Positions 28,577 through 40,335 are shown, numbered from the stretch's first letter. The stretch is DNA of 64,000 nucleotides from Aquificaceae bacterium (GCA_041640635.1 JBEPZX010000008.1:8470-72469), one strand, 5' to 3'. The notes: generated by a model not told the origin, from the sequence alone. Made by a program: numbers and translations.

Positions 28577-30242
28577 CCAAAATCACTTCGCCATTTTCCA
28601 TATAGTAAGGTCTCTCATATGAAGAGTAATAATATGGAGTGTAAGCTCTAAATTCACCAGCACAAGTATCCACACCTTTGAATGTAGGAAGTATGCCCAT
28701 ATTAAATCTTAGCTTTCTTATCTCGCTTTCTGATTTACCTAGTATTTTGGCTATATGGTAATCCAAAAGTCCCATCTCCTTTGCTATCCGTAGTGTATCT
28801 TCGCTTAGGTTCTCTGTGTTTTCAAGATGCTTTATAAAATCTACTATTTCTTTTATGTTATATAAAAACCATTTATCTATTTTGCTAAGCTGATAAACCG
28901 TTTCAATTGGGTAATCTCTCTTGAAAGCTTCCATCAAACACCATAATCTATCTGGTGATGGTATTCTGATACACCTTTTTAGTTCTTCATCTTCCAAAGC
29001 TGAGAATTTTTCATCGAACAAATCTAAGCTCTCTTTTTCTAAGCTCCTAATAGCTTTCATTAGGGCTTCCTTGAAAGTTCTTCCTATAGCCATAACCTCA
29101 CCAACCGATTTCATCATCGTCGTTAGAGTTCTGTCGGCTTCTGGGAATTTGGCAAAATCAAAACGCGGAATTTTAACCACTACATAATCTATTGAAGGTT
29201 CGAAGGAAGCTGGAGTATGCTTGGTTATATCGTTTTTTAGCTCATCCAATGTGTATCCTACAGCCAACTTTGCAGCCACTTTGGCAATCGGAAAGCCTGT
29301 AGCCTTAGAGGCTAAAGCTGAGCTTCTAGAGACTCTGGGATTCATCTCTATAACGTAAAAGTCCCCATTGTCTGGATTCACAGCAAACTGCACATTTGAG
29401 CCTCCTGTATCTACGCCTATTTCTCTCATTATGGATATGCACGCATCTCTGAGTATCTGATACTCCTTATCGCTAAGCGTTTGAGCAGGAGCTACCGTTA
29501 TAGAGTCTCCTGTGTGAACCCCCATAGGGTCAAAATTTTCTATAGAACAGACTATTATTACGTTATCTTTTTTATCTCTTATGACTTCAAACTCAAATTC
29601 CTTCCATCCAATTAAAGATTTATCTATCAATACTTGTCTTATATGAGAAGCATCTAAAGCCAACTTTAACTTTTCCGGAAATTCTTCCATGTTGTAAACA
29701 ATAGACCCACCTGTTCCACCTAAGGTAAAAGCTGGTCTTAGAATAGCTGGGAAGCCTATATCCTTTATTACAGCTATTCCTTCTTCTACGGAAGACACTA
29801 TGGCACTTTCCGGAACTTTTATACCTATGTTCCGCATAGACTTTCTAAAAAGGTCCCTATCTTCACCTTTTTTTATCGCATGATAATTAGCACCAATCAA
29901 CTCCACACCATATTTGTGCAAAATGCCTTCTTCATATAGCTTTACAGCTAAGTTAAGAGCTGTTTGACCACCCAATGTAGGTAATAAAGCATCTGGTCTT
30001 TCCTTTTGTATTATTTTTTCTAAAATCTCTATAGTTAGAGGTTCTATATAGGTTCTGTCGGCTATTTCAGGATCTGTCATTATAGTGGCGGGATTAGAAT
30101 TTACTAAAATGATTTTGAAACCTTCTTCTTTCAAAGCTTTACAAGCTTGGGTTCCAGAATAATCAAACTCGGCAGCTTGACCTATCACTATGGGACCAGA
30201 ACCTATTATGAGTATGCTATTTATGTCTGTTCTTCTTGGCAT
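28566..30242 (-). CDS. carB: Carbamoyl-phosphate synthase large chain, N-terminal half
   Basis: [35 protein letters not shown]; stops at 558 aa, just after YYYSSY. Confidence 0.93.
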   Translation of the reverse strand: MPRRTDINSILIIGSGPIVIGQAAEFDYSGTQACKALKEEGFKIILVNSNPATIMTDPEIADRTYIEPLTIEILEKIIQKERPDALLPTLGGQTALNLAVKLYEEGILHKYGVELIGANYHAIKKGEDRDLFRKSMRNIGIKVPESAIVSSVEEGIAVIKDIGFPAILRPAFTLGGTGGSIVYNMEEFPEKLKLALDASHIRQVLIDKSLIGWKEFEFEVIRDKKDNVIIVCSIENFDPMGVHTGDSITVAPAQTLSDKEYQILRDACISIMREIGVDTGGSNVQFAVNPDNGDFYVIEMNPRVSRSSALASKATGFPIAKVAAKLAVGYTLDELKNDITKHTPASFEPSIDYVVVKIPRFDFAKFPEADRTLTTMMKSVGEVMAIGRTFKEALMKAIRSLEKESLDLFDEKFSALEDEELKRCIRIPSPDRLWCLMEAFKRDYPIETVYQLSKIDKWFLYNIKEIVDFIKHLENTENLSEDTLRIAKEMGLLDYHIAKILGKSESEIRKLRFNMGILPTFKGVDTCAGEFRAYTPYYYSSYERPYYMENGEVILDED

Positions 30243-30253
30243 TAAAGTTTTTA

Positions 30254-31147
30254 TTATACACTAACCTTAGCTTTTAATCGGCATACTGGGCAAATTGAAG
30301 AAGAGGAAGGTTCACCACATACCTCGCACACACTTAAGTTTTTTTCTTCTTTGGTATTTAAAACAGGATAAACTTTCCTCAGAAACTCTAGATAAAATCT
30401 CAGTTTAGTTCCTGGACTTTCTTCTTCTAGCGAAGCAAGAAGCTTTTTGTAGCTTATAGTAGTAGAACCTTCAGCAAAAGGACATTCTTCTTCGATGTAC
30501 TCTATCCCACTAAAGAAAGCATAAAGAGCATTTTCCTTTTCGGTCATTTTACACAAAGGTTTGACCTTTCTAACAAAGCCGTGTTCCTCATTTAGAACTG
30601 GATACTGACGCCTTAGATACTCTAAATTCCAAGTCATTACGTTAGAGAATAAGACAGCCACCTCGTCGTCCAAGTTATGTCCTGTAGCGATAACATTATA
30701 GTTCAAATCTTTGGCTGTCTTATTCATATAGTAGCGCTTTAGAGTTCCACATACAGAACAAGCAGGTCTCTTGTCTAGCTCCTTTATAGTGGGAATAGGT
30801 GCTACTTCTTTCTTCAGTTCCACAATGTAAAGATGCCTGCCTATAACTTTTGCAAACTTTTCTGCAATCTCTTTGGATTTTTCTGAGTATTCACCTATTC
30901 CTAAATCTATATATAGACCATCGGCGCGATATCCTAAATGTGTAAGTACTTGCCAAAGGCTTAAGCTATCTTTACCTCCTGAAACGGCAACCAATACGTT
31001 GTCACTTTTAGAAAACATCTTGAACTCTTTTATTGTTGCTTCCACTCTTTTTTCGAACCACTCTACGTAATGGTCTCTGCACAAAGAAAGCCTATGGGAA
31101 GGTAGATAAATCCCAGCTTTTTTATTGCACTTCAAACACTTTCTCAT
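30254..31147 (-). CDS. ttuA: tRNA 2-thiolation enzyme TtuA (TtcA/Ctu1 family)
   Basis: N- and C-terminal zinc fingers, PP-loop SGGKDS, CSVC, GHNLDD, ECP. Confidence 0.85.
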   Translation of the reverse strand: MRKCLKCNKKAGIYLPSHRLSLCRDHYVEWFEKRVEATIKEFKMFSKSDNVLVAVSGGKDSLSLWQVLTHLGYRADGLYIDLGIGEYSEKSKEIAEKFAKVIGRHLYIVELKKEVAPIPTIKELDKRPACSVCGTLKRYYMNKTAKDLNYNVIATGHNLDDEVAVLFSNVMTWNLEYLRRQYPVLNEEHGFVRKVKPLCKMTEKENALYAFFSGIEYIEEECPFAEGSTTISYKKLLASLEEESPGTKLRFYLEFLRKVYPVLNTKEEKNLSVCEVCGEPSSSSICPVCRLKAKVSV

Positions 31148-31166
31148 AAGTTTATAATTTAAGCTT

Positions 31167-31808
31167 ATGGATATTCAGACCGCTATAATCGCCATACCAG
31201 CCATAATGACAGCTGTTATATTGCACGAGTTTGCTCACGGTTGGGTAGCTTACAAAGTAGGAGACAGTACTGCTAAAGAATTTGGAAGACTAACGCTAAA
31301 TCCAATACCCCATATAGATCCCTTTGGTACTATACTTTTTCCAGCTTTGCTAATAATACTTGGATCCCCCATACTCTTTGGATGGGCCAAGCCTGTTCCC
31401 ATAAATCCCATGAGATTTAGAGATATAAAGAAGGGGACATTTCTTGTATCCATAGCAGGTATATCTATGAACATAGTTTTGGCTACAATATTTGCTTTGC
31501 TCGCAAGAACTATAAATAGTGGTTACATAGACTTTCTAGGTTCATATATTTTAGAACCCCTATACATATTTTCCACTTACTCTGTACTTATAAACCTTGT
31601 TTTGGCATTCTTTAATGCTATTCCTATACCACCTTTAGACGGCAGCAGAGCTTTAATGAGCTTTTTTTCTATAAAGTACTGGGAGACTTTCTATAGGTTT
31701 GAAACTTATGGCTTTTTAATAATAACCATACTAATATTTACGGGTGTTATAGGTAAGATAATATTTCCATTCATTAGGTACTTTTACAACGTACTGTTAG
31801 GAGTATGA
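31167..31808 (+). CDS. Site-2 protease (M50 family)
   Basis: HEFAH and FNAIPIPPLDG motifs. Confidence 0.92.
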   Translation: MDIQTAIIAIPAIMTAVILHEFAHGWVAYKVGDSTAKEFGRLTLNPIPHIDPFGTILFPALLIILGSPILFGWAKPVPINPMRFRDIKKGTFLVSIAGISMNIVLATIFALLARTINSGYIDFLGSYILEPLYIFSTYSVLINLVLAFFNAIPIPPLDGSRALMSFFSIKYWETFYRFETYGFLIITILIFTGVIGKIIFPFIRYFYNVLLGV

Positions 31809-32236
31809 TAATGAGATCTTGGAACTACTTTATACAGATAAAGGCTATAGGAAGGGATAGAGAAGAAGAAGCATCAGCTCTTTACATAGTTGCATTGCCT
31901 CCAGATGAAAACATACTGAAAAATGTAGAAATGGAATGTTACGCACAAGAGTATGTACCAGGTGAGATAGCCATAAAGTATGGCAGAGCTTACGCTATAG
32001 GAACGGATTTGCAGATATCCAATCCAGAAGAATACGGTCTTATAGGTTATAGGGGAGATATGGATCTTTACATATTTAAGGAAAATATGAGCTTTGAGGA
32101 AGGCTTAGTTAATCTGTATAAAATTTTGATAACTGATCTTTCTAAGAGAATGCAAATCGAGTATATATACCCAATTGTTGATGTTGGATCACCTCCAGAG
32201 GAAGTTATGTTAGATTGCCTTAAAAAGGCTATATGA
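31805..32236 (+). CDS. Hypothetical protein
   Basis: 143-aa ORF coupled to the upstream gene by an ATGA overlap. Confidence 0.65.
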   Translation: MIMRSWNYFIQIKAIGRDREEEASALYIVALPPDENILKNVEMECYAQEYVPGEIAIKYGRAYAIGTDLQISNPEEYGLIGYRGDMDLYIFKENMSFEEGLVNLYKILITDLSKRMQIEYIYPIVDVGSPPEEVMLDCLKKAI

Positions 32237-32262
32237 GAGATTTAAATTAAATTGGAACACTA

Positions 32263-32745
32263 TTAGCTTAATCCCTTTTCGAAGTCTTCTGGCTTTATAT
32301 TTTCCAACCATTCCTTCAACTTTTCCTTTTCTACATCTTCCTCGGGTTTTGGAACTTTAGATTTTTCTAGTACTTCAGGATTCACATATATAGGTACGTT
32401 TACTCTTAAGGCTAGATTTATAGCATCACTGGGTCTAGAGTCTATGATAATTAGGTTTGAGCCCTGTGTTATATGAATTTCTGCGTAATATGTACCATCT
32501 TTTAAATCGGTTATTACTATTTTTTCCACTTTACCTGATAGGCTTTCTATAGCACTTTTCAGAAGCTCATAAGTCATAGGTCTTGGTGGCTCCACCTTTT
32601 GAAGCTCTCTAACTATACTATCTGCCTCAAATAAGCCTATCCATATGGGAAGCATTAACTCCTCGTTATCTTTGGACTTAAGCATTACAATAGGCATTTG
32701 TGACACAGGATCCAAAGTTACACCATGAACAAACATTTCTATCAT
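32263..32745 (-). CDS. Bifunctional nuclease family protein (DUF151)
   Basis: LPIWIG..EA, PRPMTYEL, DSRPSDAI motifs. Confidence 0.9.
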   Translation of the reverse strand: MIEMFVHGVTLDPVSQMPIVMLKSKDNEELMLPIWIGLFEADSIVRELQKVEPPRPMTYELLKSAIESLSGKVEKIVITDLKDGTYYAEIHITQGSNLIIIDSRPSDAINLALRVNVPIYVNPEVLEKSKVPKPEEDVEKEKLKEWLENIKPEDFEKGLS

Positions 32746-34055
32746 CTCACCACCTCCAAAACTTCACACCTCAAGTTAAAAGGCGTGGACTCTCTAACCC
32801 TAACCTTCACTAATTTACCTAAATATCCCCTAGATCCATCAAAAGTTGCCCATTTGTTAGTTCTTGTTCTACCTATTAATTTCTTTCCATCCTCTATATC
32901 CTCCACTAAGACTTCTTGAACCGTTCCTTCATAGAGTTTAGAAATTTCTGAAAGTATAGACTTTTGTAAATTAAGCAATTTTGACATTCTTTGAGTTTTC
33001 ACTTCATCATCTATCTGACCTTCCATAGAATATGCTGGTGTATCTGGTCTAGGAGAGTACTTAAAAGAAAACACTTGCTCAAATCTAACCTCTCTTAAAA
33101 CATCCAAAGTATGCTCAAAGTCCTCTTCTGTTTCTGTAGGAAAGCCCACAATTATATCTGTAGAGAAGGTTATACCTTTTTTGTATTCCTTCAGCATTTG
33201 AATTTTCTCCAGATACTCTTCCTTTGTGTATCCTCTGTCCATCAAACTCAAAATCCTATTTGAACCTGCTTGAACGGGTAAGTGCAGGTGTTCACAGACT
33301 TTATCTATTTCACCTATAGCTCTTGCAATACTTTCTGTCATGTCTCTTGGGTGCCCAGTTGTAAATCTTATACGCTCAACTCCATCTATTTGAGCTACTT
33401 TATAAAGCAATTCTTCAAAGGGGATTCCTATGTCTTGTCCCCAAGCTGTAACGTTTTGACCCAAGAGATGTATTTCCTTTACTCCATCATCTACCAACTG
33501 TTTTACTTCTTCAAGTATGCTTTCCAAAGACCTTGACCTTTGCCTACCTCTAGTTTTGGGAACAACACAGTAGGTGCAATTCTTATCACACCCTTTCATA
33601 ACGGTTACATAAGCGCAGAATTTGTTGTCTCTGACAGCTGGATAGTTCCATAGACTGTCTTCATCTTCTGGTGGGCTTTCCAGTATAGCTATAGCTTTGT
33701 AACCTGCTTGGGCTTGTTGTATAAATTCACCAAGTTGGTGCATGTTAAAGCTTGAAAACATAATATCTATTACAGGAGCTTTTTGGACTAATTGGTCTCC
33801 CATTCTTTGAGCTAAACATCCACAAACAGCTATTAAAGCGTTAGGATTTCTCTCCTTGATCTTTTTATATTCACCCAGATGCGAGTAAACTTTCTGATCG
33901 GGCTTTTCTCTGATAGTGCATGTATTTAAAAGGATGATATCCGCCTCCTGCCAATCTTGAGCAGGTTCGTATCCTAAACTTTTTAATATCCCTTTCATTC
34001 TTTCCGAATCATTAAAATTCATTTGGCAACCGAAGGTTTTTATATAGTATTTCAT
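32742..34055 (-). CDS. miaB: tRNA methylthiotransferase MiaB
   Basis: TFGCQMN, NTC, radical SAM CDKNCTYC, TRAM domain; true start MKYYIK at 34055. Confidence 0.94.
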   Translation of the reverse strand: MKYYIKTFGCQMNFNDSERMKGILKSLGYEPAQDWQEADIILLNTCTIREKPDQKVYSHLGEYKKIKERNPNALIAVCGCLAQRMGDQLVQKAPVIDIMFSSFNMHQLGEFIQQAQAGYKAIAILESPPEDEDSLWNYPAVRDNKFCAYVTVMKGCDKNCTYCVVPKTRGRQRSRSLESILEEVKQLVDDGVKEIHLLGQNVTAWGQDIGIPFEELLYKVAQIDGVERIRFTTGHPRDMTESIARAIGEIDKVCEHLHLPVQAGSNRILSLMDRGYTKEEYLEKIQMLKEYKKGITFSTDIIVGFPTETEEDFEHTLDVLREVRFEQVFSFKYSPRPDTPAYSMEGQIDDEVKTQRMSKLLNLQKSILSEISKLYEGTVQEVLVEDIEDGKKLIGRTRTNKWATFDGSRGYLGKLVKVRVRESTPFNLRCEVLEVVR

Positions 34056-34107
34056 AGAAATTAATTTATACCTTTTGTCCAATTCAGGTGGTTTAATATT
34101 TATATTT

Positions 34108-35388
34108 ATGAAGATAGAAGACTTACGAAACAGTGCTTGGAGATTCAACGAAAGATTAAGGTTTCTTGCTAGCCGTGGGCACATTGTAGAAGAAGAATAT
34201 GAACCAAAAGTTAGAGAAATAATAAAAAAAGTGAAAGAAGAAGGTGATAGAGCGCTTTTTGAATACACAAAACTATACGACAAGCAGGATATATCCCAAG
34301 AAAATATAGAAATCCCTTTTGAAGAGCTCGAGAATGCCTACAACGAAATAGAAGAGGATGTAAAGTCAGCATTAGAGGTAGCCTACGAAAGAATCAGAAG
34401 GTTTCACGAGAAACAGAAGGAAAATACCTTCATAGTAGAGGAAGAAGGTATAATACTTGGAACACGTGTTACACCCCTTGAAAGAGTTGGTGTTTATGTA
34501 CCTGGTGGAAAGGCAGCTTATCCGTCTTCCGTATTGATGAACACCATACCTGCAATAGTTGCAGGTGTAGAAGAGATCATTATGGTAACACCTAACCCTA
34601 ACAAGTACACCCTAGCTGCGGCTTTTATAGCAGGTGTGAGTAGAGTTTTTAGAATAGGTGGAGCCCAAGCTGTAGCAGCCTTGGCTTTTGGAACAGAAAG
34701 CATTCCTAAAGTGGACAAAATTGTAGGACCGGGGAATATATATGTAGCTCTAGCTAAAAAACTCCTGTTTGGATACGTAGACATAGACATGATAGCTGGA
34801 CCTTCCGAGATACTTATAATATCCGATGGTTCTTGCAATTCTAAATGGATAGCATCTGATTTACTATCACAAGCGGAGCACGATGAGCTAGCAGGAGCTT
34901 TCATGATAACCAACAGTGAAAAACACGCCCTTGAAGTAAAAGAAGAAGTATATAAACTTTTGGAAAACTTTCCTAGAAAGGATATAGCCCAGAAGTCCAT
35001 AGAACGCTTTGGGACTATATTTTTGGTAGAGGACATGTATCAGGCATGCCAGGTAGCAAACTACATAGCACCTGAACATTTGGAAATAATTACAGAAGAT
35101 CCCTTTGCATTGCTGCCATATATAAAGCATGCAGGAGCTGTATTTCTTGGAAAGTACACAACAGAACCCCTGGGAGATTACATCTTAGGGCCTAATCATA
35201 CTCTTCCAACAGGTGCTACAGCAAGATTCTTTTCACCACTTGGGGTTTATGATTTTGTCAAGAGAAGCTCCATTCTTTACGTAAGTAAGGAAGGTTTTGA
35301 AAAAGTTGCAGATGCAACAGAAAGTATAGCCAAAGCGGAAGGCTTATTTGCTCATTACTCATCGGTAAAGATTAGGAGAGAATTGTGA
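34108..35388 (+). CDS. hisD: Histidinol dehydrogenase
   Basis: YVPGG, GPGN, AGPSE, SQAEHD, APEHL, GPNHTLPT motifs. Confidence 0.96.
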   Translation: MKIEDLRNSAWRFNERLRFLASRGHIVEEEYEPKVREIIKKVKEEGDRALFEYTKLYDKQDISQENIEIPFEELENAYNEIEEDVKSALEVAYERIRRFHEKQKENTFIVEEEGIILGTRVTPLERVGVYVPGGKAAYPSSVLMNTIPAIVAGVEEIIMVTPNPNKYTLAAAFIAGVSRVFRIGGAQAVAALAFGTESIPKVDKIVGPGNIYVALAKKLLFGYVDIDMIAGPSEILIISDGSCNSKWIASDLLSQAEHDELAGAFMITNSEKHALEVKEEVYKLLENFPRKDIAQKSIERFGTIFLVEDMYQACQVANYIAPEHLEIITEDPFALLPYIKHAGAVFLGKYTTEPLGDYILGPNHTLPTGATARFFSPLGVYDFVKRSSILYVSKEGFEKVADATESIAKAEGLFAHYSSVKIRREL

Positions 35389-35951
35389 AATTTTTTTCGC
35401 TAATCTTAATCCTTTCTTTTCTCTTTTCTTGCGCACCCATATATTGCCCAGATGCAGAAAGTATAAAAACTTTATACTCTCAAAGTGTATCTCCTAAAAA
35501 TTACACAGCTCTTTTAAGTGCTAAGTATGGACCCCTGAGAATTCCTGTTTCTGTTGAAAAAAGCAATCAATACTACAACATAAGAACGCTAAGCTCTGAA
35601 ATCCTATCTTACAAGGACAGAAACATTTGTATAGACTCTGTCTGCATAGATTTTCCAATAAACCCAGATGGATTGATCTTTGGAACAGTTCTCGAAGGCA
35701 ACGAAAAGGTAAGTTGTAGTAGAGAAGGTATAGTTCTTGAGAAGGATGAAAACCTATATGTGAAGAAATACATATTTTTTAACGGTCAATTAAAGAGCAT
35801 GGAGATTTTAGATAAAAGGAGAAATAAGACATTGGTTGTAAATTATGGAGAAAGAACAAAAGAAGGTTATTACAAAAATCTAAATCTAAATATTGGAAAT
35901 ATGGATCTCAGAATAACTATAGATGAAGTAAAAATACTCCAAAACAACTGA
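35385..35951 (+). CDS. Hypothetical lipoprotein
   Basis: LFSC lipobox; lies directly upstream of lgt. Confidence 0.65.
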   Translation: MKFFSLILILSFLFSCAPIYCPDAESIKTLYSQSVSPKNYTALLSAKYGPLRIPVSVEKSNQYYNIRTLSSEILSYKDRNICIDSVCIDFPINPDGLIFGTVLEGNEKVSCSREGIVLEKDENLYVKKYIFFNGQLKSMEILDKRRNKTLVVNYGERTKEGYYKNLNLNIGNMDLRITIDEVKILQNN

Positions 35952-35968
35952 TATAAGGAGGTAAAATT

Positions 35969-36781
35969 ATGTTCCCAACTATTGTGGAAGTGTTTGGAAT
36001 AAAGATATCCACCTATGGCGTATTAGTAGCTATAGGTGTCTTAGTAGCGTACTTTTTAATCCTTAAATATGCAAAAAGAGAAGGGTTAAACACCAATCAT
36101 ATAGAAAATACATTGATTTTTGCAGTTATAGGCGGATTAGTCTTTGCTAGACTTTCTTATGTTATAGAGCATCCTGAACACATTGGAGAGCTTTTTGATA
36201 TAGTAGCCATTTGGCAAGGAGGAATGGATTTTTTTGGCGGATTGGTCGGCGGCATTGGTGGTGCTCTACTGGGGATTTACAAATACAAACTTCCCTTATG
36301 GAAAGCAGCAGATATAGCCGTCTTAGGTCTTACTATAGCTCATGCCATCGGAAGACTAGGTTGCACATCCGCAGGTTGTTGTTATGGAAGACCCATACCT
36401 ATAGAAAGTTCTTTAAGTATAGGCATTCATTTTATGGACAGGTTTCCCTTCTTTTATGTGGTCTTTCCGCCTGGTGCTGTAGCTCCTCCTTATATGCCTC
36501 TATATCCTACACAGATTATGGAATTTATAGGGCTTTTAACTCTCTTTTTCCTACTACTTTTTCTATACAATAAAAAGAAAGTTGATGGCCTTGTATTTTC
36601 CGCTTATATGATAGGCTACGGATTACTTAGATTCTTCCTGGAATTTTTCAGAGGTGTAACTCCACCTATAGAGAGTATAGGCTTAACTTGGAATCAATTG
36701 GTTTCTATAGGGATGATAATAATTTCTATATTTTTATTTTTTACCTTAAAGCAGGGCAAAAGCCATGAGAAAATGGATTAA
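35969..36781 (+). CDS. lgt: Prolipoprotein diacylglyceryl transferase
   Basis: [32 protein letters not shown]. Confidence 0.93.
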   Translation: MFPTIVEVFGIKISTYGVLVAIGVLVAYFLILKYAKREGLNTNHIENTLIFAVIGGLVFARLSYVIEHPEHIGELFDIVAIWQGGMDFFGGLVGGIGGALLGIYKYKLPLWKAADIAVLGLTIAHAIGRLGCTSAGCCYGRPIPIESSLSIGIHFMDRFPFFYVVFPPGAVAPPYMPLYPTQIMEFIGLLTLFFLLLFLYNKKKVDGLVFSAYMIGYGLLRFFLEFFRGVTPPIESIGLTWNQLVSIGMIIISIFLFFTLKQGKSHEKMD

Positions 36782-37610
36782 GAGGTTTTTTCTTTTTTTC
36801 GTTATAATCTTAGTGCTTAGTATGATTGGATCTTTGTTAGCACGCATACCTGTAGGAGATAGGGTAGCTGTAATCAAAGTTGAAGGAGTAATAGTTGATC
36901 CAGAGACCATTCTTAAGAGCATAGAGGCATGCAAGGAAGACAAAAGCATAAAAGCTCTCGTATTGAGAGTTGACTCTCCAGGAGGCTCTGTCGGCGCTTC
37001 TCAAGAAATATACAGATCGCTAGAGAGGTTTAGATCTTCAGGCAAACCTTTGGTAGTTTCTATGGGTAATGTTGCCGCATCTGGAGGATACTATATCTCT
37101 TTACCAGCTAATTATATAGTTGCCAACGAAGGTACCATTGTTGGTAGCATAGGCGTGATAGTGCAGCATATGGATTATAGAGACCTACTAGATAAAATAG
37201 GAGTCAAAACTACGTCTATAAAAACCGGTAAGTTTAAAGACACACTGTCACCTTTTAGAGAATTAACACCAGAAGAAAAGGAATACATACAGAGCACTAT
37301 AAACGATGCATATGAACAATTCATTAGTTCCATACTAAAACATAGAGGCAAATACATATCTGAAGAAAAACTCAGATCTATAGCGGATGGTAGGATATTC
37401 ACTGGAAAAATGGCAAAGGAGCTTGGTCTTATAGATCAAATAGGCAATCTTCATGATGCTATAGACAAAGCAAAGGAGCTTGCAAATGTACCAGAAGCAA
37501 GAGTTTTTCATATAGAAGAGAAAAGAGGATTACTGAGACATATTCTGAAAGGAGCAGGAATAAACACTAATTTCTACTATACTACGATGATTTACTACAT
37601 TATGAAGTAA
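36765..37610 (+). CDS. sppA: Signal peptide peptidase SppA (S49)
   Basis: DSPGG, AASGGYY, GSIGV, GKFKD motifs. Confidence 0.93.
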   Translation: MRKWIKRFFLFFVIILVLSMIGSLLARIPVGDRVAVIKVEGVIVDPETILKSIEACKEDKSIKALVLRVDSPGGSVGASQEIYRSLERFRSSGKPLVVSMGNVAASGGYYISLPANYIVANEGTIVGSIGVIVQHMDYRDLLDKIGVKTTSIKTGKFKDTLSPFRELTPEEKEYIQSTINDAYEQFISSILKHRGKYISEEKLRSIADGRIFTGKMAKELGLIDQIGNLHDAIDKAKELANVPEARVFHIEEKRGLLRHILKGAGINTNFYYTTMIYYIMK

Positions 37611-37624
37611 TTTAGTTAGGCAAT

Positions 37625-37969
37625 TTAAAGGATCTCTGAAATTTTGTTTTTTTGGTATTCTATTTCCTTTAAAGCTTCAAGAAGGTCTTTATTTTCACTT
37701 TTATAAATACTTATAGCTTTTTCCAATACGTTTGAGTCTTCCACTTTAAATAACCTATCTTCCAATATGGTCTTCACTATGTAGTAAACCTTCTCCTTAT
37801 CTAACTCAAAGGACTTCTCCAATATATAAACTATCTCAATTAGCGTATACTTGGATACAAATATTTTCTCTTTATTTTTTTCTATCTCTTTAAATAATTT
37901 ACTAATTCTCCTAGATTCTTTGTCGTTGGTAAAGAAATCAAGAAGTGTTTTTGTGCTTATAGCCTTCAT
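37625..37969 (-). CDS. PIN-domain-like protein (degenerate, orphan)
   Basis: ISTKTLL..F..D / IFVSKYTLIEIVYIL / DLLEA pattern resembles VapC PIN proteins. Confidence 0.5.
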   Translation of the reverse strand: MKAISTKTLLDFFTNDKESRRISKLFKEIEKNKEKIFVSKYTLIEIVYILEKSFELDKEKVYYIVKTILEDRLFKVEDSNVLEKAISIYKSENKDLLEALKEIEYQKNKISEIL

Positions 37970-38025
37970 AGTTTATATCTTATAATAATTCTTTATACCA
38001 CACAAAGTCACATAGGAGGAAAAAT

Positions 38026-39027
38026 ATGGCAGTTGTGTATTACGACAGCGATGCAAGCCTAGATATACTCAAAGATAAAACAATAGCAATTCTTGGCTAT
38101 GGAAGTCAAGGACATGCACATGCTCTTAATCTAAAAGACAGTGGTATAAGGGTAATAATAGGCCTTCCAGAAAATAGTAAATCACGACAAAAGGCGATTA
38201 ACGATGGTTTTGAAGTTTTTACTCCCAGTGAAGCTTCCAAAGAAGCCGATATAATAATGTTCTTGACTCCTGACACTGTGCAGTCTCAAATCTATAAGGA
38301 ATGCGTAGAGCCTCATTTAAATGCTTCAAAAACCTTAGCATTTGCACATGGTTTTAACATACATTTTAGACAAATTGTGCCACCAAAGGAAGTAGATGTC
38401 TTTATGGTAGCCCCAAAAGGACCAGGACACTTGGTGAGATGGATGTACGAAGAGGGTAAGGGTGTACCTGCTCTAGTTGCCATATACCAAAATGCTTCTG
38501 GACATTGCAAGGATAAAGCACTAGCCTATGCAAAAGGTATAGGATGTACAAGAGCTGGTGTCATAGAAACGACCTTTAAAGAAGAGACGGAAACGGACCT
38601 GTTTGGTGAACAGATGGTTCTTTGCGGTGGTGCAACAGCTTTAATCAAAGCTGGCTTTGAAACTCTTATAGAAGCTGGTTATCAACCTGAGGTGGCATAC
38701 TTTGAATGTTTGCATGAACTTAAACTCATAGTAGACTTGATATACCAGTATGGCATAGCGGGTATGAGATACTCTATTTCTGACACCGCTAAATATGGCG
38801 ATGTTACACGTGGTGAAAGAATATACAAGTTTGTAAAACCACTAATGAAGGATGCTTTAGAAGAGATACAAAAAGGTGAGTTTGCACGAGAATGGATACT
38901 AGAGAATCAAGCGGGAAGACCTGTGTTTAATGCTCTTTTGGAGAGAGATAAACACCATTTGATAGAAGAAGTTGGAGAAACTCTCAGAAAAATGATGCCA
39001 TGGATAAGTGACAAGGAGCTTAAATGA
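38026..39027 (+). CDS. ilvC: Ketol-acid reductoisomerase
   Basis: [32 protein letters not shown]. Confidence 0.97.
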   Translation: MAVVYYDSDASLDILKDKTIAILGYGSQGHAHALNLKDSGIRVIIGLPENSKSRQKAINDGFEVFTPSEASKEADIIMFLTPDTVQSQIYKECVEPHLNASKTLAFAHGFNIHFRQIVPPKEVDVFMVAPKGPGHLVRWMYEEGKGVPALVAIYQNASGHCKDKALAYAKGIGCTRAGVIETTFKEETETDLFGEQMVLCGGATALIKAGFETLIEAGYQPEVAYFECLHELKLIVDLIYQYGIAGMRYSISDTAKYGDVTRGERIYKFVKPLMKDALEEIQKGEFAREWILENQAGRPVFNALLERDKHHLIEEVGETLRKMMPWISDKELK

Positions 39028-39647
39028 ACCTAACTAAGAAAAGAGAGAATTTGAAAAAAATATACACACCTGTAGGTGTATTGCTTTATAAGCTACATAT
39101 GCCTCCAAATCTTATTACTTTATTGTCCTTAACCACTGGAATGCTTGCGGCTTACTTTTTTTACCATGGTAAACTTCTCACAGCTGTTGCTTTTCTCGTT
39201 ATGTCTGGATTGTTTGATCTTGCAGATGGTATAGTAGCTAGACTATCAGACAAAGCTTCCAAGTTTGGGGCGGTGTTCGATTGGATAGCGGACAAGTGGG
39301 TTGATGGTTTTGTTCTTGGAACTGTAGCTTACGTATACGCTGGTCCTTTGACCACTATAACCGTAATAACAGCTTCTATGCTTCATTCTTTCATAAAGCC
39401 CGTTGTATACGCAGAAATAGGATACGAAAGTAGAGAGAAAGGAAAGATAAAAGACCCACTGGAGGGTGTAGGTTTCTTTGGAAGACCCGAGACACATCTG
39501 ACACTCATAGTGTTTTCCGTTATGGAAAGGTTCGAACTTCCCATCGGTTTAAGCATATGTATCAAACTTATAGCTCTTCTGACTATGGTATCTTTGATTT
39601 TGCGCGTACTGTATTTATACAAAAACTACAGGAGGGATTATGACTAA
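39024..39647 (+). CDS. CDP-alcohol phosphatidyltransferase
   Basis: PNLIT and DLADGIVAR...GAVFDWIAD signature. Confidence 0.9.
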   Translation: MNLTKKRENLKKIYTPVGVLLYKLHMPPNLITLLSLTTGMLAAYFFYHGKLLTAVAFLVMSGLFDLADGIVARLSDKASKFGAVFDWIADKWVDGFVLGTVAYVYAGPLTTITVITASMLHSFIKPVVYAEIGYESREKGKIKDPLEGVGFFGRPETHLTLIVFSVMERFELPIGLSICIKLIALLTMVSLILRVLYLYKNYRRDYD

Positions 39648-40305
39648 AAGACCTTACGTGATTATAGTATCTGAGGTTACTGTAGATGGAAAATTAACCC
39701 TTTATAGAGGAGCATCTAGCAAAGAAATTATGACATTGATGGACCATGAAGCTTATGTATACCTTCATGAGATAAGAGCCAAAGTAGATGGCATCATGGT
39801 TGGTTGTGAAACAGTAAGGACGGACAATCCTAGCTTAACGGTAAGGTATGCAAAAGGTAAAAACCCAACGCGCATTATCCCTTGCTCTACTCTCAACGTT
39901 CCTACAGATGCAAACATATTCTCAAAAGATGCTCCAACCGTTATAGTTACCACAAAAAGAGCGAGTCATGAAAAAATAGAGAAGATAAAGTCTTTGGGAG
40001 CGGAAGTTTTGATTGTGGGTGAAGAACTTGTTGATTTTGATGCTTTAATGTCCGTATTATTTGACATGGGGATAAAAAGCCTAATGGTTGAGGGTGGTTC
40101 CTCTATAAATTGGGAGTTTGCCAAGAGAGGTTTTGTGGATGAAATAAGACTCATTCATTTGCCTGTTATAGTAGGTGGAGAAAATGTTCCTACCTTAGTA
40201 GGTGGAGAGGGATTTAAGAGTCTTAAAAATTTACTCAACCTCAGGCTACGATCCCACTTCAAAAGAGGACATCACTTGATAACAGAGTGGGAAGTAGTTA
40301 AATAA
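39640..40305 (+). CDS. RibD C-terminal-type pyrimidine reductase (stand-alone, archaeal/fungal Rib7-like)
   Basis: TVDGK, GCETVRTDNPSLTVR, MVEGG; no deaminase domain. Confidence 0.85.
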   Translation: MTKRPYVIIVSEVTVDGKLTLYRGASSKEIMTLMDHEAYVYLHEIRAKVDGIMVGCETVRTDNPSLTVRYAKGKNPTRIIPCSTLNVPTDANIFSKDAPTVIVTTKRASHEKIEKIKSLGAEVLIVGEELVDFDALMSVLFDMGIKSLMVEGGSSINWEFAKRGFVDEIRLIHLPVIVGGENVPTLVGGEGFKSLKNLLNLRLRSHFKRGHHLITEWEVVK

Positions 40306-40309
40306 AGTA

Positions 40310-40326
40310 GGGAGCGCTAAGCTCCC
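40310..40326. terminator. Hairpin between convergent genes (possible bidirectional terminator)
   Basis: GGGAGC-GCTAA-GCTCCC; weak U-tracts. Confidence 0.55.
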
Positions 40327-40335
40327 CATTTCAGA

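Noticed and set aside
34056..34283. Long N-terminal extension of MiaB overlapping hisD
   Set aside because: It is antisense to hisD coding sequence; the MiaB family start MKYYIKTFGC is at 34055.
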